Sequence record: NC_028894.1
DNA length: 64,000 bases
Direction: 5' to 3' (one strand)
From: Escherichia phage vB_EcoM_VR20
Below, one piece after another: positions 8,548 through 17,598 of this stretch. The translations under genes and the position numbers were made by a program. The notes below the pieces were generated by a model. The model searched no databases. It worked only from the letters and a program-made list of their open reading frames with translations, and was not told the DNA's origin. Positions within the stretch are counted from its first letter, which is position 1; each line of letters starts with the position of its first letter.

Positions 8548-9868
8548 AATATGCGTCGTACCTCGCTCGTGTGATTCCTACATAAGCCAACTGGCTCGCT
8601 AATGAAGCTTCAGCCATATGGATGCATGGAGTATAGATGAATGCTTTGTCCACTGAAACGCCCTGGGCCTTGTGGATTGTACTAACCGGAAGAGCACGAA
8701 CTTTCAAGAAGGTCCGGCGAGCTTTCCAGAAGTCTTTCCACTCTGGACGTTTACCAGCGGCTTTCATCTGTTTGTATGTGTCAGCAACTTTAGCCAGATA
8801 TGCCTGGAATTTCGGTTGCTGGTCTTCTGGTAAAACTTTGATGCGGTCAACTTGATATTCTTCATCTTCATCAATTGACTCAACTTCCAGGTCCCAGTAA
8901 TTAATCACTAACTGGTGCGATTCACCTTTACAACGGAGAATTGTGGAAGTGTATTTGCAATCCTTGATGCGAACCAACTGACCATTATTAAAAATGGTTT
9001 CGCTGAATTTCTTACCTTCAAATTCCAGCTCTTTCATGTGTGGCTCTTGCATAACCAGGACTTCATACGGTAAAAATGCTTTATCCGTTTCATATAGCTT
9101 GCGACGAATAATATTATTCAGTTTTTCAACTGATTTATTCGTATACGCATACATCCTGTTTTCCATCAACATATCAGCATCTTTTACAATACTGAAATAG
9201 TTTACCATGAAATCCTTTAAAGCGGTTTGTGAGGTGAAACCCTGTACACCATGACCATCATACATACAGTCACGGAACCAACCCCCATTACGAATTTCTG
9301 TCGCCACTTCAATGATAGGAGCATTGCTTCGCATGACCTCAGTCAGATGAATCTGTTTGAACTTAGGATGCGTAAAGAATGGGCTTATCTTTTGTTGTGT
9401 GCTTCCTGGGTCAACTGGTTGCAGCTGGTGCATATCACCAATCCCAAGAATAGTACACCATTCAGGAACAGAGTTAAGAATAATCTTAAACAGAGACCCG
9501 TCATACATACTTGCTTCATCACAAACCAGAACATTACATTTTGACATGTCAGGCATTTCGCGCTGTTCAAAAACGTTTTGGTCTTCATATGTGGTCGGGT
9601 TAATCTTCAGAATACTATGGATTGTATTCGCTGTTTGACCAGACAATTTAGATAGAACCTTTTTTGCCTGGTGAGTTGGTGCAGCAAGCACAATTCCCAT
9701 AACTCCATTACGCACCAGATGGTCAATGACAAATTTTGTCAGAGTAGTTTTACCTGTACCAGCTGGACCATTCAGAGTGATACATTCCCCTGAACGTCGC
9801 TGAATAGCTTCAGTGATATAATCAAAAGCTTCTTTTTGTCCTGTGTTCAAGTCTTCAAATTTAATCAT
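8540..9868 (-). CDS. dda: Dda DNA helicase (superfamily 1)
   Basis: 442 aa; Walker A GPAGTGKTT; Walker B-like CDEASM; position and size match T4 dda. Confidence 0.85.
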   Translation of the reverse strand: MIKFEDLNTGQKEAFDYITEAIQRRSGECITLNGPAGTGKTTLTKFVIDHLVRNGVMGIVLAAPTHQAKKVLSKLSGQTANTIHSILKINPTTYEDQNVFEQREMPDMSKCNVLVCDEASMYDGSLFKIILNSVPEWCTILGIGDMHQLQPVDPGSTQQKISPFFTHPKFKQIHLTEVMRSNAPIIEVATEIRNGGWFRDCMYDGHGVQGFTSQTALKDFMVNYFSIVKDADMLMENRMYAYTNKSVEKLNNIIRRKLYETDKAFLPYEVLVMQEPHMKELEFEGKKFSETIFNNGQLVRIKDCKYTSTILRCKGESHQLVINYWDLEVESIDEDEEYQVDRIKVLPEDQQPKFQAYLAKVADTYKQMKAAGKRPEWKDFWKARRTFLKVRALPVSTIHKAQGVSVDKAFIYTPCIHMAEASLASQLAYVGITRARYDAYYV

Positions 9869-10164
9869 GCCAATTTTACTCGCTTAACATATAAAGTATC
9901 TAAAACTAATTTCAATTCTCGTGCGTGTTCTTCAGTAGGAAAAACAGTTTTTGTTTCCCGCTTATCAAACCACCATTTTCTGGGAATATACCGTGTTTCA
10001 ATACGTCCCATGCGTAAATAGCGGTTTGTAGTATATAAATAGTTGGCAAGTTCATACTCTGCGCCCGGTTTTGTGGTGTATAAGGTAACCTTTCCATCAT
10101 ACTCCAATGGGCGTTCAAAACCATCTTTATCTTTGTGAACCAGCACATATGCGTAGTACATCAC
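9865..10164 (-). CDS. hypothetical protein
   Basis: 99-aa ORF, start overlaps upstream stop. Confidence 0.4.
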   Translation of the reverse strand: MMYYAYVLVHKDKDGFERPLEYDGKVTLYTTKPGAEYELANYLYTTNRYLRMGRIETRYIPRKWWFDKRETKTVFPTEEHARELKLVLDTLYVKRVKLA

Positions 10165-10165
10165 A

Positions 10166-10912
10166 TTAACCTCTAATCAGTTTAAAAATTGACGCGTTCA
10201 AAGGTAGACCACGTTTCAGTTTTAATTTACCAATAAAACCAATCTTCTCAAAACGCTCAAGACCTTGAATGATTTTATCATAGCAATCAAAAAGCGTTTC
10301 AGCATTAGTTAATTTCTTGGTAACTTTCCAGTCATTACCTTTGAGCAATACATTCAATTTAGTAAGCTCATGACCTTCCGCAACACGGGAACCATCAATG
10401 CGAGCCTTCAGAGCAACCATTTTTAATTGGTTTTCTTTGGACTGCTCCGATTTACTCATTTGAGCATAATGCTTAACGCGATTCTCACGTTTGTGTTGGA
10501 TGTTCTTGATATGAGTATATGACTTTTTAATCTGTTCCCATTTCTCTGCAGTCAGATTTAACTTTTCAATCTTCTTGGCAGAGGGGCGAGCAATTTTTAC
10601 AGCAACATCATCGCGACGTTGTTTAAGCTCATCAAGGGACCAATCAGAACGCATGGTATTGTATTTCTTTTTAACAGGAATAACATTACCTTTGATATAA
10701 CCAATATCATTGTTAAAACGCTCTAATGATAACTTCTCATCTTCAATAGAGTTGTTAAATGCTTCACCAGAATAAGCACAAACTTTTTGGTCAAGAATGT
10801 TAACCAGATAATTAAAATCCAGGTTAAAGTCCTTACCGCGACGTTTAGCGGAAGCTTGAGTGTGTTCCAGACGACGTTTAACTTTCAGCGTTTTGGTTTT
10901 TGATAAAGTCAT
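10166..10912 (-). CDS. HNH-like nuclease-domain protein, possible freestanding homing endonuclease
   Basis: 248 aa; CAYSGEAF...SLERFNNDIGYIKGNVIPV resembles the core of phage HNH endonucleases, followed by a long basic region; own promoter upstream. Confidence 0.4.
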   Translation of the reverse strand: MTLSKTKTLKVKRRLEHTQASAKRRGKDFNLDFNYLVNILDQKVCAYSGEAFNNSIEDEKLSLERFNNDIGYIKGNVIPVKKKYNTMRSDWSLDELKQRRDDVAVKIARPSAKKIEKLNLTAEKWEQIKKSYTHIKNIQHKRENRVKHYAQMSKSEQSKENQLKMVALKARIDGSRVAEGHELTKLNVLLKGNDWKVTKKLTNAETLFDCYDKIIQGLERFEKIGFIGKLKLKRGLPLNASIFKLIRG

Positions 10913-10957
10913 GATATTTTTCTCATCTTACGGACGATTGAAAACTCAGTATGAAAT

Positions 10958-10986
10958 CATTATACACCATCCATTGGGTGTGTACA
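10958..10986 (-). promoter_or_regulatory. sigma70-type early promoter, -35 TGTACA, about 16-bp spacer, -10 TATAAT
   Basis: Minus-strand motif upstream of the HNH-like gene. Confidence 0.45.
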
Positions 10987-11046
10987 CTACTTTTTCACCT
11001 TTAACGCTTTTATTTTTACTGTGTATAATGGTTCTAAGGTCTTTGG

Positions 11047-11661
11047 TTAGTTCAAAACAGTTAAATGCCAAACAGTATAAAGGTTATTCAATGGGTGTGT
11101 TTCAATCAAATCTACGCGAAGCGTAGTCCCAGCGGGAAACATAAACTCATCCTCATCATTAACCAGGTGTAAGTTTGACTTCCTGGTTGCTTCTGGATAT
11201 GCACCATTGAACTCCTCAGGAGGAGCACCACAAATCATTTTAAAGATTGCTTCCTGATAGTTATACGCATATGGTGCATTGTTTATGCAGAAAATATTCC
11301 TTGTGCCATAGAAACTGTATGATGCGAAATTTCTTGCAACCTGCCAGTCCCTGGAAAAACTCATCACACGGTTGAACTCAATTGTTGCACCAACATATCT
11401 GAAATCTTCCAGGTATTCCATAGTTTTCTTTGATATACCACGGAACAATGCCACCGGCGGTGCAGTATTCAGATTGTTGCGGATAATCCTGGTTAAGTCT
11501 TCTTGAATCAGGTCAGGTTTATTTTCCATACACTGCCAGAGTACCGATTGCTCTTCATCTGTATAAAGAGCATTAATCTCCGCTTGACATTGGTCACGAA
11601 AAGACTCACTAGAGGCAGCAGTGTCAATAATTCCATTCAAAACATCATCAGTGTACAGCAT
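11047..11661 (-). CDS. modA: ADP-ribosyltransferase of the ModA/ModB family (start trimmed to MLYTDD)
   Basis: R-S-EXE-type motifs: LFRG, SFSRD, DEDEFMFPAG; track ORF N-terminus reads through the promoter leader; symbol assigned by gene order only. Confidence 0.6.
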   Translation of the reverse strand: MLYTDDVLNGIIDTAASSESFRDQCQAEINALYTDEEQSVLWQCMENKPDLIQEDLTRIIRNNLNTAPPVALFRGISKKTMEYLEDFRYVGATIEFNRVMSFSRDWQVARNFASYSFYGTRNIFCINNAPYAYNYQEAIFKMICGAPPEEFNGAYPEATRKSNLHLVNDEDEFMFPAGTTLRVDLIETHPLNNLYTVWHLTVLN

Positions 11662-11705
11662 TTTATTATCCTCATCAGTAGTTGATAGGAACATCTTAAC
11701 GTGTC

Positions 11706-12266
11706 TTATTGTGCTTGTACACAGTCAAGAACATAATAATCATCAACAAATCCAGCATCAACCACGACAAATTTCTGGTCAACTGGAACAAACCATTCAA
11801 GCTCAGAATCAATCATGTCCATGTATTCTTCACGTCTTAACGTTGCCGCCTGTTCGGAACCAGAAGCAGTATTGAAGAATTCCAGTGGAACGTCAAGCGC
11901 GATTTTGCGCATAGCATCATGGTAACAAAAAGCTTTTGTATGATTCAATCTGATGATAGTCCTTGATACATATTCCATTGCAGCAAAATCCCTGGCAATA
12001 CCATAGTCTTCTGTAAAGGAGGTTATCCTTCCAAATTCAAAAGGTTGCATTGATTCTTTTGCTTCATCTAACAAATCAATCTCTTGCTGGGTAACACCAC
12101 GATACAAGACTGTATCGGGTACAGATAACCTTGACTTGATGATTGAGTTGACATTTGAATGTAAGGTCTTATCAACCTTTGATGTGCGGCATTCAAATAA
12201 TGAAGCTATCTCCATTTCACTAAATTTTAACTGGTTGGGTTCGGTATCAGATTTGATGATGTTCAT
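11706..12266 (-). CDS. modB: ADP-ribosyltransferase of the ModA/ModB family, paralog of the previous gene
   Basis: LYRG, TSFTED, SELEWFVP motifs; symbol assigned by gene order only. Confidence 0.6.
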   Translation of the reverse strand: MNIIKSDTEPNQLKFSEMEIASLFECRTSKVDKTLHSNVNSIIKSRLSVPDTVLYRGVTQQEIDLLDEAKESMQPFEFGRITSFTEDYGIARDFAAMEYVSRTIIRLNHTKAFCYHDAMRKIALDVPLEFFNTASGSEQAATLRREEYMDMIDSELEWFVPVDQKFVVVDAGFVDDYYVLDCVQAQ

Positions 12267-12322
12267 AATGGCCTCTCTGTTGTAAGAAAGACCATTATGT
12301 CATTGGGAGGGGAGTAAGTAAA

Positions 12323-12613
12323 CTACTTAAATACTCCAAGTGGGACGCCAAAGACTGCAATGTCTACGGCCATGCCAATCGGAGATTGATATGATGAGTA
12401 AGAACTTTTCGATTCTGTCGGGCGTTTGACTTTAATTGTCTCAGATTCAGTCTTAAGCCTTTGTAAGCGATTAATTTTTTGTTGCTCAATTTCCTTATGA
12501 GCATGTTTACGGTCGATATCCAGCGCCGATGTGGGAATATTTGTTAACCAGTTCATCGTTTCACCCATGGTGCCCATGGAGGTGGGTCGTCGTAATATGA
12601 GGCCAGGTCGCAC
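12323..12613 (-). CDS. small hypothetical protein with SSYSSY motif
   Basis: 96-aa ORF. Confidence 0.35.
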   Translation of the reverse strand: MRPGLILRRPTSMGTMGETMNWLTNIPTSALDIDRKHAHKEIEQQKINRLQRLKTESETIKVKRPTESKSSYSSYQSPIGMAVDIAVFGVPLGVFK

Positions 12614-12731
12614 AGAACTTCCATTGGGAGACTAAAACCGTGCTTCTGTATAATCGCATCAAGTTCGTCAACTAGGTCCACACGGGCTTCTGTGGGAGCT
12701 TTAGGCTCTTCAAAAAGTTCAAATAAATCCA

Positions 12732-13220
12732 TTAGTAACCACCAATCGGACCGTAACCATACATACGAGCACGCATTTTAGTATCTTGAATAGCTTCTTC
12801 TGTTAAAGTAAAGCGCAGGCCGATATCAAAGTGCTTCCAAATCTGACGTTCAACTTCAGCAAGGTCGTCGGTAGTGGAAATCAGATATGTGCGACCTTTA
12901 AGGCGTTCTTCTGAAATTCTATCGGTATCTTTATAGAAAATATCCGCAGTACCTTCTGCATATGGGTCCGGGTGACGATAGCCTTTGATGTGTAGGGCTT
13001 CGGAAACAGTAAACGGACACCCTTCAGCCACATTAACGTTTTTGTTATGAAATACCTTCATCGTGACATTTTCTGGCATCGTCAGGTTCATTAATTTTGT
13101 TTCCAACTCAGTAACCGAATCCATGCCATTATATGCAAAGATAAGACATGCGGTAGCATCGTAAGGTCGTGTTTGTCCGGCAGAATCACGGACATAGAAT
13201 TCTAATTCATATACTTTCAT
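12732..13220 (-). CDS. hypothetical protein
   Basis: 162-aa ORF with GAGG site upstream. Confidence 0.45.
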   Translation of the reverse strand: MKVYELEFYVRDSAGQTRPYDATACLIFAYNGMDSVTELETKLMNLTMPENVTMKVFHNKNVNVAEGCPFTVSEALHIKGYRHPDPYAEGTADIFYKDTDRISEERLKGRTYLISTTDDLAEVERQIWKHFDIGLRFTLTEEAIQDTKMRARMYGYGPIGGY

Positions 13221-13362
13221 AATGATTTCCTCTTACCAACTAATGGACCATCAGGAACTTTATTTTCCTTGATGTACTTTTCATTTTCTTCCATCATTTT
13301 ACTGCCAATTTTCAAAAGCAAATCCAGTGCTTCTTTTGCCTGACGTTCAGCTTCTTCTTGTG

Positions 13363-13557
13363 TCATGATTTATCTCCGTAGATATCACGCATCAGTTTAA
13401 GCGCAGCTCGTTCGGTCTTCTTTTCCTGCATAGCTTTAAGCCCTGTAGCAGCCCATTCTTCAGCTTCGCGCTGCATTTCTTCCTCGGCTCTGGCCACCCA
13501 GGAATCATCAATTCCTGGAGTAACCAACCAATCTTTAAGCCAACTTGTAATTCTCAT
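13363..13557 (-). CDS. small hypothetical protein
   Basis: 64-aa ORF abutting the next gene. Confidence 0.35.
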   Translation of the reverse strand: MRITSWLKDWLVTPGIDDSWVARAEEEMQREAEEWAATGLKAMQEKKTERAALKLMRDIYGDKS

Positions 13558-13917
13558 TTAATCACACGAGCTGGAAGACGAATCGCAGCTTCCTGAATCA
13601 TAGGAGGAATAAGACGAATCCCCAGTCCACGAACTGACAGCGGCCGCAGTAACCACAATCGAAGTGGTATCTATAATCGGTGTGGTATCAACATGACTCG
13701 TAGAACGTCTTGAATCCAAATGTTCTTTTAACTTTTTCGAATTCAATGGCAATGCACCTGGTCCGACATTACCGGCTTTTTCTGGTCGACGACGTACTTC
13801 TTCCATCATACCATCGCCCATGTAAACATATTCTCTTAGCTTGACATCTGGTAGGCTAACAGGAACCACACCTTCGCCCGGTTTGGTCTTGAATAAATTC
13901 TTGAGCCAACTAATCAT
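13558..13917 (-). CDS. hypothetical protein with Ser-rich low-complexity C-terminal tail
   Basis: 119-aa ORF ending GDSSYSSYDSGSCDSSSSSCD. Confidence 0.4.
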   Translation of the reverse strand: MISWLKNLFKTKPGEGVVPVSLPDVKLREYVYMGDGMMEEVRRRPEKAGNVGPGALPLNSKKLKEHLDSRRSTSHVDTTPIIDTTSIVVTAAAVSSWTGDSSYSSYDSGSCDSSSSSCD

Positions 13918-14108
13918 AGAAAACCTCGTTTAAATTCAACTTTACCATCATCACAACGGATTTCAATATTGAATTCTAAAGAATCATCATCGTGCATCAT
14001 GAACGAGTGTACGACAACCTCGTCAAACACACCCAGGCCATACTTAAAATGTACATCATGGGCAATAACTTCGTCTAAAGTTTTGTTCGGTTTAATCCAA
14101 CGGTTTAA
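13914..14108 (-). CDS. small hypothetical protein (start trimmed to MLNRWIKP)
   Basis: Track ORF 13914..14246 reads through the conserved leader (STTEENTM); trimmed. Confidence 0.4.
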   Translation of the reverse strand, partial: LNRWIKPNKTLDEVIAHDVHFKYGLGVFDEVVVHSFMMHDDDSLEFNIEIRCDDGKVEFKRGFL

Positions 14109-14156
14109 CATAGTATTCTCCTCTGTAGTTGAGATAATTATACCATCTCTATTAAA

Positions 14157-14182
14157 AGCAAAAAGGGAACCCGAAGGTTCCC
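14157..14182 (-). terminator. stem-loop terminator, GGGAACC-UUCG-GGUUCCC plus U-run
   Basis: Perfect 7-bp stem, UUCG loop and T-run just after the soc stop. Confidence 0.6.
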
Positions 14183-14187
14183 TATAA

Positions 14188-14421
14188 TTAAACAATATCA
14201 GTCGGCGTAAACATCGCCGCGTTCTTAGTTCGCCAATCGGCTGCATCGGTCACTACAGTAGTATAGGCTGCAACGGCCGAAGGGAAAGTCTGATAATGAG
14301 CATTGGCAATACGGTGCTCGTTTGAATAGATTTCAAACGGAACAGATACTTCAACACCTTTAACTTCTTTACCTTCACCAGCTGGATGCGTAAAGGTTTT
14401 GATATTAACGAAACCACCCAT
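14188..14421 (-). CDS. soc: small outer capsid protein Soc
   Basis: 77 aa; VNIKTF, GKEV, AHYQTFPS, AAYTTV match T4 Soc as I recall it. Confidence 0.75.
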   Translation of the reverse strand: MGGFVNIKTFTHPAGEGKEVKGVEVSVPFEIYSNEHRIANAHYQTFPSAVAAYTTVVTDAADWRTKNAAMFTPTDIV

Positions 14422-14453
14422 AATTAACTCCTTTGTTGTTTAATTACAGGCGT

Positions 14454-14461
14454 ATTTATAA
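14454..14461 (-). promoter_or_regulatory. candidate T4-type late promoter TATAAATA upstream of soc
   Basis: Plus-strand tatttata, about 33 nt upstream of the soc start codon. Confidence 0.45.
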
Positions 14462-14602
14462 CTTACAATTTGGCGGCTCGCCAGAGTTTTTCAATAATCT
14501 CTCGGTCTATTTCTTTAGTTATTTCATTACGTAATAAGGTAGTAAGGGCTTTCGCCCTTTTCTTATTCAACTTTTTGAGTTGACGTTTATTTAAACGAGC
14601 CA

Positions 14603-15139
14603 TTAATAACCTCGGTCTTGGCGAGCAAAGTTTTCGGCATTTTTCAGATAATACAATTTAAAGATTTCTTCTGCAGTCAGTCCAAGACCATGGAACATGT
14701 TCAGAACAAAGTGCAGGATATCAATCATCTCAAATTTAATTTCGAGCTGGTCTTCAGGAGATAAATCATTAATCAGGGTTTGCTGCATTTCGCCATGTTG
14801 TGCTTTCCATGGTTTCCATACGGCCGAGGCAGCTTTCTCGCCATTGGACATGCCACCTAATGCAGTAATCAGTTCACGGAATTCATCATCAATATAATCT
14901 TTCTGGTTGCGGAGCCAGGTAACAACTTCACCAGCAGTCGCCAGGTTATCAGGATGTTCGTTATATTCTGGTTTTTCTTTAGCCAGACGAACCTGCAATG
15001 ATTTCTGCATATCAAGCATAACTTGCAGTGGGTCAGTGCCTTCAAAAATTGCATTATCATAAGCGCCTTGAGCTTTATCAACACCAGCAATCAGTTGAGA
15101 ACACTCGTTAAAATGAGCCATTATATTTTTCCTTATCAA
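14603..15139 (-). CDS. 56: dCTP pyrophosphatase (MazG-like dCTPase/dUTPase)
   Basis: 178 aa; size and position match T4 gene 56. Confidence 0.75.
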   Translation of the reverse strand: MIRKNIMAHFNECSQLIAGVDKAQGAYDNAIFEGTDPLQVMLDMQKSLQVRLAKEKPEYNEHPDNLATAGEVVTWLRNQKDYIDDEFRELITALGGMSNGEKAASAVWKPWKAQHGEMQQTLINDLSPEDQLEIKFEMIDILHFVLNMFHGLGLTAEEIFKLYYLKNAENFARQDRGY

Positions 15140-15205
15140 TTCATGTTGTTTGTATGTTAATTATATCATATTGGTTTAAAGCATAAATACAAGAAAGGAG
15201 GATGT

Positions 15206-15403
15206 ATGCTAAAACTATCTAGTCTAATTCAAGCCATTAAAGGCAGTCGTAAGCGAACGATTCTGGTCCTTTCGGTACTCTGTTTAGTTCTACTCTGGAA
15301 TTTCATTGTTGCCCCTATTGCATTGGCACATGGTGTTATATTGCCAGTCGTCGCGCTCGAATCAGTTGTAGATGTTTCACTGGCATTAATCGGCCTTATA
15401 TAG
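15206..15403 (+). CDS. small hydrophobic membrane peptide on the plus strand
   Basis: 65-aa ORF with strong GGAGG site 7 nt upstream; predicted transmembrane segment. Confidence 0.4.
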   Translation: MLKLSSLIQAIKGSRKRTILVLSVLCLVLLWNFIVAPIALAHGVILPVVALESVVDVSLALIGLI

Positions 15404-15469
15404 GTGGAACTATGTGAACATTATTCTATCAGATTTGGAAATTAACCAGTAAGAAAGACAAGAAACATC

Positions 15470-15610
15470 ATGGGCTTTTTAACTCTTGATGTTTTCCTGT
15501 GGAACTTACTGGTTGTGCCTATCGCTGCAATACAAGGGGTACACTTACCCCAGGTCACAATGGAACATATCCATTCCATCATCGGTTACTTTACCGGAAT
15601 CCCTTCCTAA
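15470..15610 (+). CDS. small hydrophobic peptide, paralog of 15206..15403
   Basis: Hand translation MGFLTLDVFLWNLLVVPIAAIQGVHLPQV...; LWNLLVVPIA resembles LWNFIVAPIA of the neighbour; weak ribosome-binding site. Confidence 0.3.
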   Translation: MGFLTLDVFLWNLLVVPIAAIQGVHLPQVTMEHIHSIIGYFTGIPS

Positions 15611-16635
15611 ACTTTTGCGTACTTCGAAAGTCGCATTCTTGCCATCAATCCTTGGGCAACGTTATCAGCCATATATGATTCGATTTGTTCAGGGGTTGCC
15701 CCTTCTGATTTAACCATCTCATTTATGTCTTTCGTATGCCATGGTGCATTGTCCCAGAACATAACAGCTTCGCCAGCTTCAACGAGCTTCTTCATACGTT
15801 TAATCGTATCCGGATGTCTTGGCTCGTTGTCCATTACCCACACTCTGGTTTCTGGATAAGGAACGGCTTCTAATGCTAATGTTCCACCGGTTATCGCAAT
15901 GCTGTTAGGGATAAACAAACTATCAATCGGACCTTCCATTACCCATACGCGTTTACGCTCATCAATCTTGTCTACACCATAGACTTTGGAAGCTTCTGGG
16001 TGAGCTTTGATTGTGATATATTTTTGTGGTGCATCTTTGCGAAGAGCTCGTCCTTGGAAAGATTCGATTTCTTTTTTGCCGTTGAAGATAGGAATAACCA
16101 AGCGTGGTTCATTCGTTTCATTCTTATACGTCCCAGGATTAACGGAGTTAACTAATGCAGGCCATTTGTTTGTAAACCATAACCGGTTCCAAACATTGCT
16201 AGGAATACACCGACTTTTTACATACTTAATTATAGGATGCGCTTCTGGTAAAGTATCGAGTCTTTCACAAAAAGCAAGCTCTTCGATAACTGGAGTTTTT
16301 TCTGGTTCTTTCGGAGTTTCTACAACTTCATTACGTTGTCTGCCAAAGGCATTTTCCTTGTACTTCTCAACCATATATTCCCGGTGTAAATCCGGCTCAA
16401 ACTCTTTTATGTATTTGCTTATATGCGTGGAGTAGTCACAGTTAAAACATTTCACGTAAACCGCACCATCAGCCGGATTAGTATACGCCCAGAATCGAGC
16501 CTTGTGTGAATCTTTCTGGGAGTCCCCACAAACCTTGCAACGACAGTTTGCTTTAAATGTGCTCCCGGTGACTTCTCTATAACGTGGTTGATACGATAAA
16601 GCTCTGACCGCAAATTCTTTATCAATATATGACAT
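15607..16635 (-). CDS. 61: DNA primase (zinc finger plus Toprim)
   Basis: 342 aa; CxxC...CxxC zinc finger (CRCKVCGDS...CFNCDYS); size and position match T4 gp61. Confidence 0.85.
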   Translation of the reverse strand: MSYIDKEFAVRALSYQPRYREVTGSTFKANCRCKVCGDSQKDSHKARFWAYTNPADGAVYVKCFNCDYSTHISKYIKEFEPDLHREYMVEKYKENAFGRQRNEVVETPKEPEKTPVIEELAFCERLDTLPEAHPIIKYVKSRCIPSNVWNRLWFTNKWPALVNSVNPGTYKNETNEPRLVIPIFNGKKEIESFQGRALRKDAPQKYITIKAHPEASKVYGVDKIDERKRVWVMEGPIDSLFIPNSIAITGGTLALEAVPYPETRVWVMDNEPRHPDTIKRMKKLVEAGEAVMFWDNAPWHTKDINEMVKSEGATPEQIESYMADNVAQGLMARMRLSKYAKV

Positions 16636-16854
16636 AGTTTCCTCATTTCAATGGCCCCGGAGGACCATTATACTGTAGGTTTATCGTCTTTGTTCTTACG
16701 CTTTTTTGATGGGATTTGTTCAGGGCCTTTATTGACAACTGCCCCGGAAGTTGTACCTGTTGCGATATTAGTTGGATTTCCACCTGCATCACCGGCAACC
16801 ATATTTTCGTTGATAAAATCTTTGAATGTTTTCATAACACCCCCTTTCCGCTAT

Positions 16855-17046
16855 TTATACAACGAAGATAGCTTTATCACCATTTGCATCAGTCACTTCA
16901 TAAGTGTCTTCATGATACAACGGAATAATCCAGGTAACACCATCATCAGCGATAACATGGATTGCTTCTTGGTCTTGCGACACGATTTCATATTCTTCAA
17001 AAATCTGGAAGACAGAAATCTTAGAGCCCGTACACATTGCACTCAT
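16855..17046 (-). CDS. small hypothetical protein
   Basis: 63-aa ORF. Confidence 0.35.
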   Translation of the reverse strand: MSAMCTGSKISVFQIFEEYEIVSQDQEAIHVIADDGVTWIIPLYHEDTYEVTDANGDKAIFVV

Positions 17047-17242
17047 ATTGTTCCCTTCTTTTAATCAGTTGACGATGTGCCTTTTTAAGTTTACGAATCT
17101 GGCGTTTAGTTGGTCGCGCAACATAAGCTTGAGTAGTTACTCGTCCAAAAACCCCGTACTTGGGAGACGGAGTATCAATAAAGACTTCCCACTGGCAAGA
17201 GTAACTATATATTGCTTTAGAGAATTGGGTCAAAACAAACAT
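17021..17242 (-). CDS. small hypothetical protein
   Basis: 73-aa ORF. Confidence 0.35.
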   Translation of the reverse strand: MFVLTQFSKAIYSYSCQWEVFIDTPSPKYGVFGRVTTQAYVARPTKRQIRKLKKAHRQLIKRREQYECNVYGL

Positions 17243-17243
17243 A

Positions 17244-17597
17244 TTAACCTCGCTTCATGAAGGCATTAAAAATCTGGTCGTCAACAGACTGTTCTTGAGC
17301 TTTGACCCAAGCCCCTTCCAGAATGTCATTCGCTTCAGTAGATATCATGACCCCAATTTCAGGGTTTCCTGTTATCCATGCTGCACAATCGCGCACATTC
17401 TTTTTATCAAATGGATAGCCGCGAGTATCTTCATAAGGCCCATTCATTACCATAAATGAGCGAGCCTTTATGATAACATCATCTTTAACGATAATATAAC
17501 CAATCGCCTGATTAAACCGAGGCTCACGGAATTCATAATGAGCATTACCATCATTATTGCTCGCCAGTTCAAAATTCAGAAAATTATAATAACTCAT
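17244..17597 (-). CDS. hypothetical protein flanked by 37-bp direct repeats
   Basis: 117-aa ORF; C-terminus VDDQIFNAFMKRG is encoded within the repeat. Confidence 0.45.
   Translation of the reverse strand: MSYYNFLNFELASNNDGNAHYEFREPRFNQAIGYIIVKDDVIIKARSFMVMNGPYEDTRGYPFDKKNVRDCAAWITGNPEIGVMISTEANDILEGAWVKAQEQSVDDQIFNAFMKRG
17249..17285. repeat. 37-bp direct repeat, copy A
   Basis: ctcgcttcatgaaggcattaaaaatctggtcgtcaac, identical to 17604-17640. Confidence 0.85.
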
Positions 17598-17598
17598 A

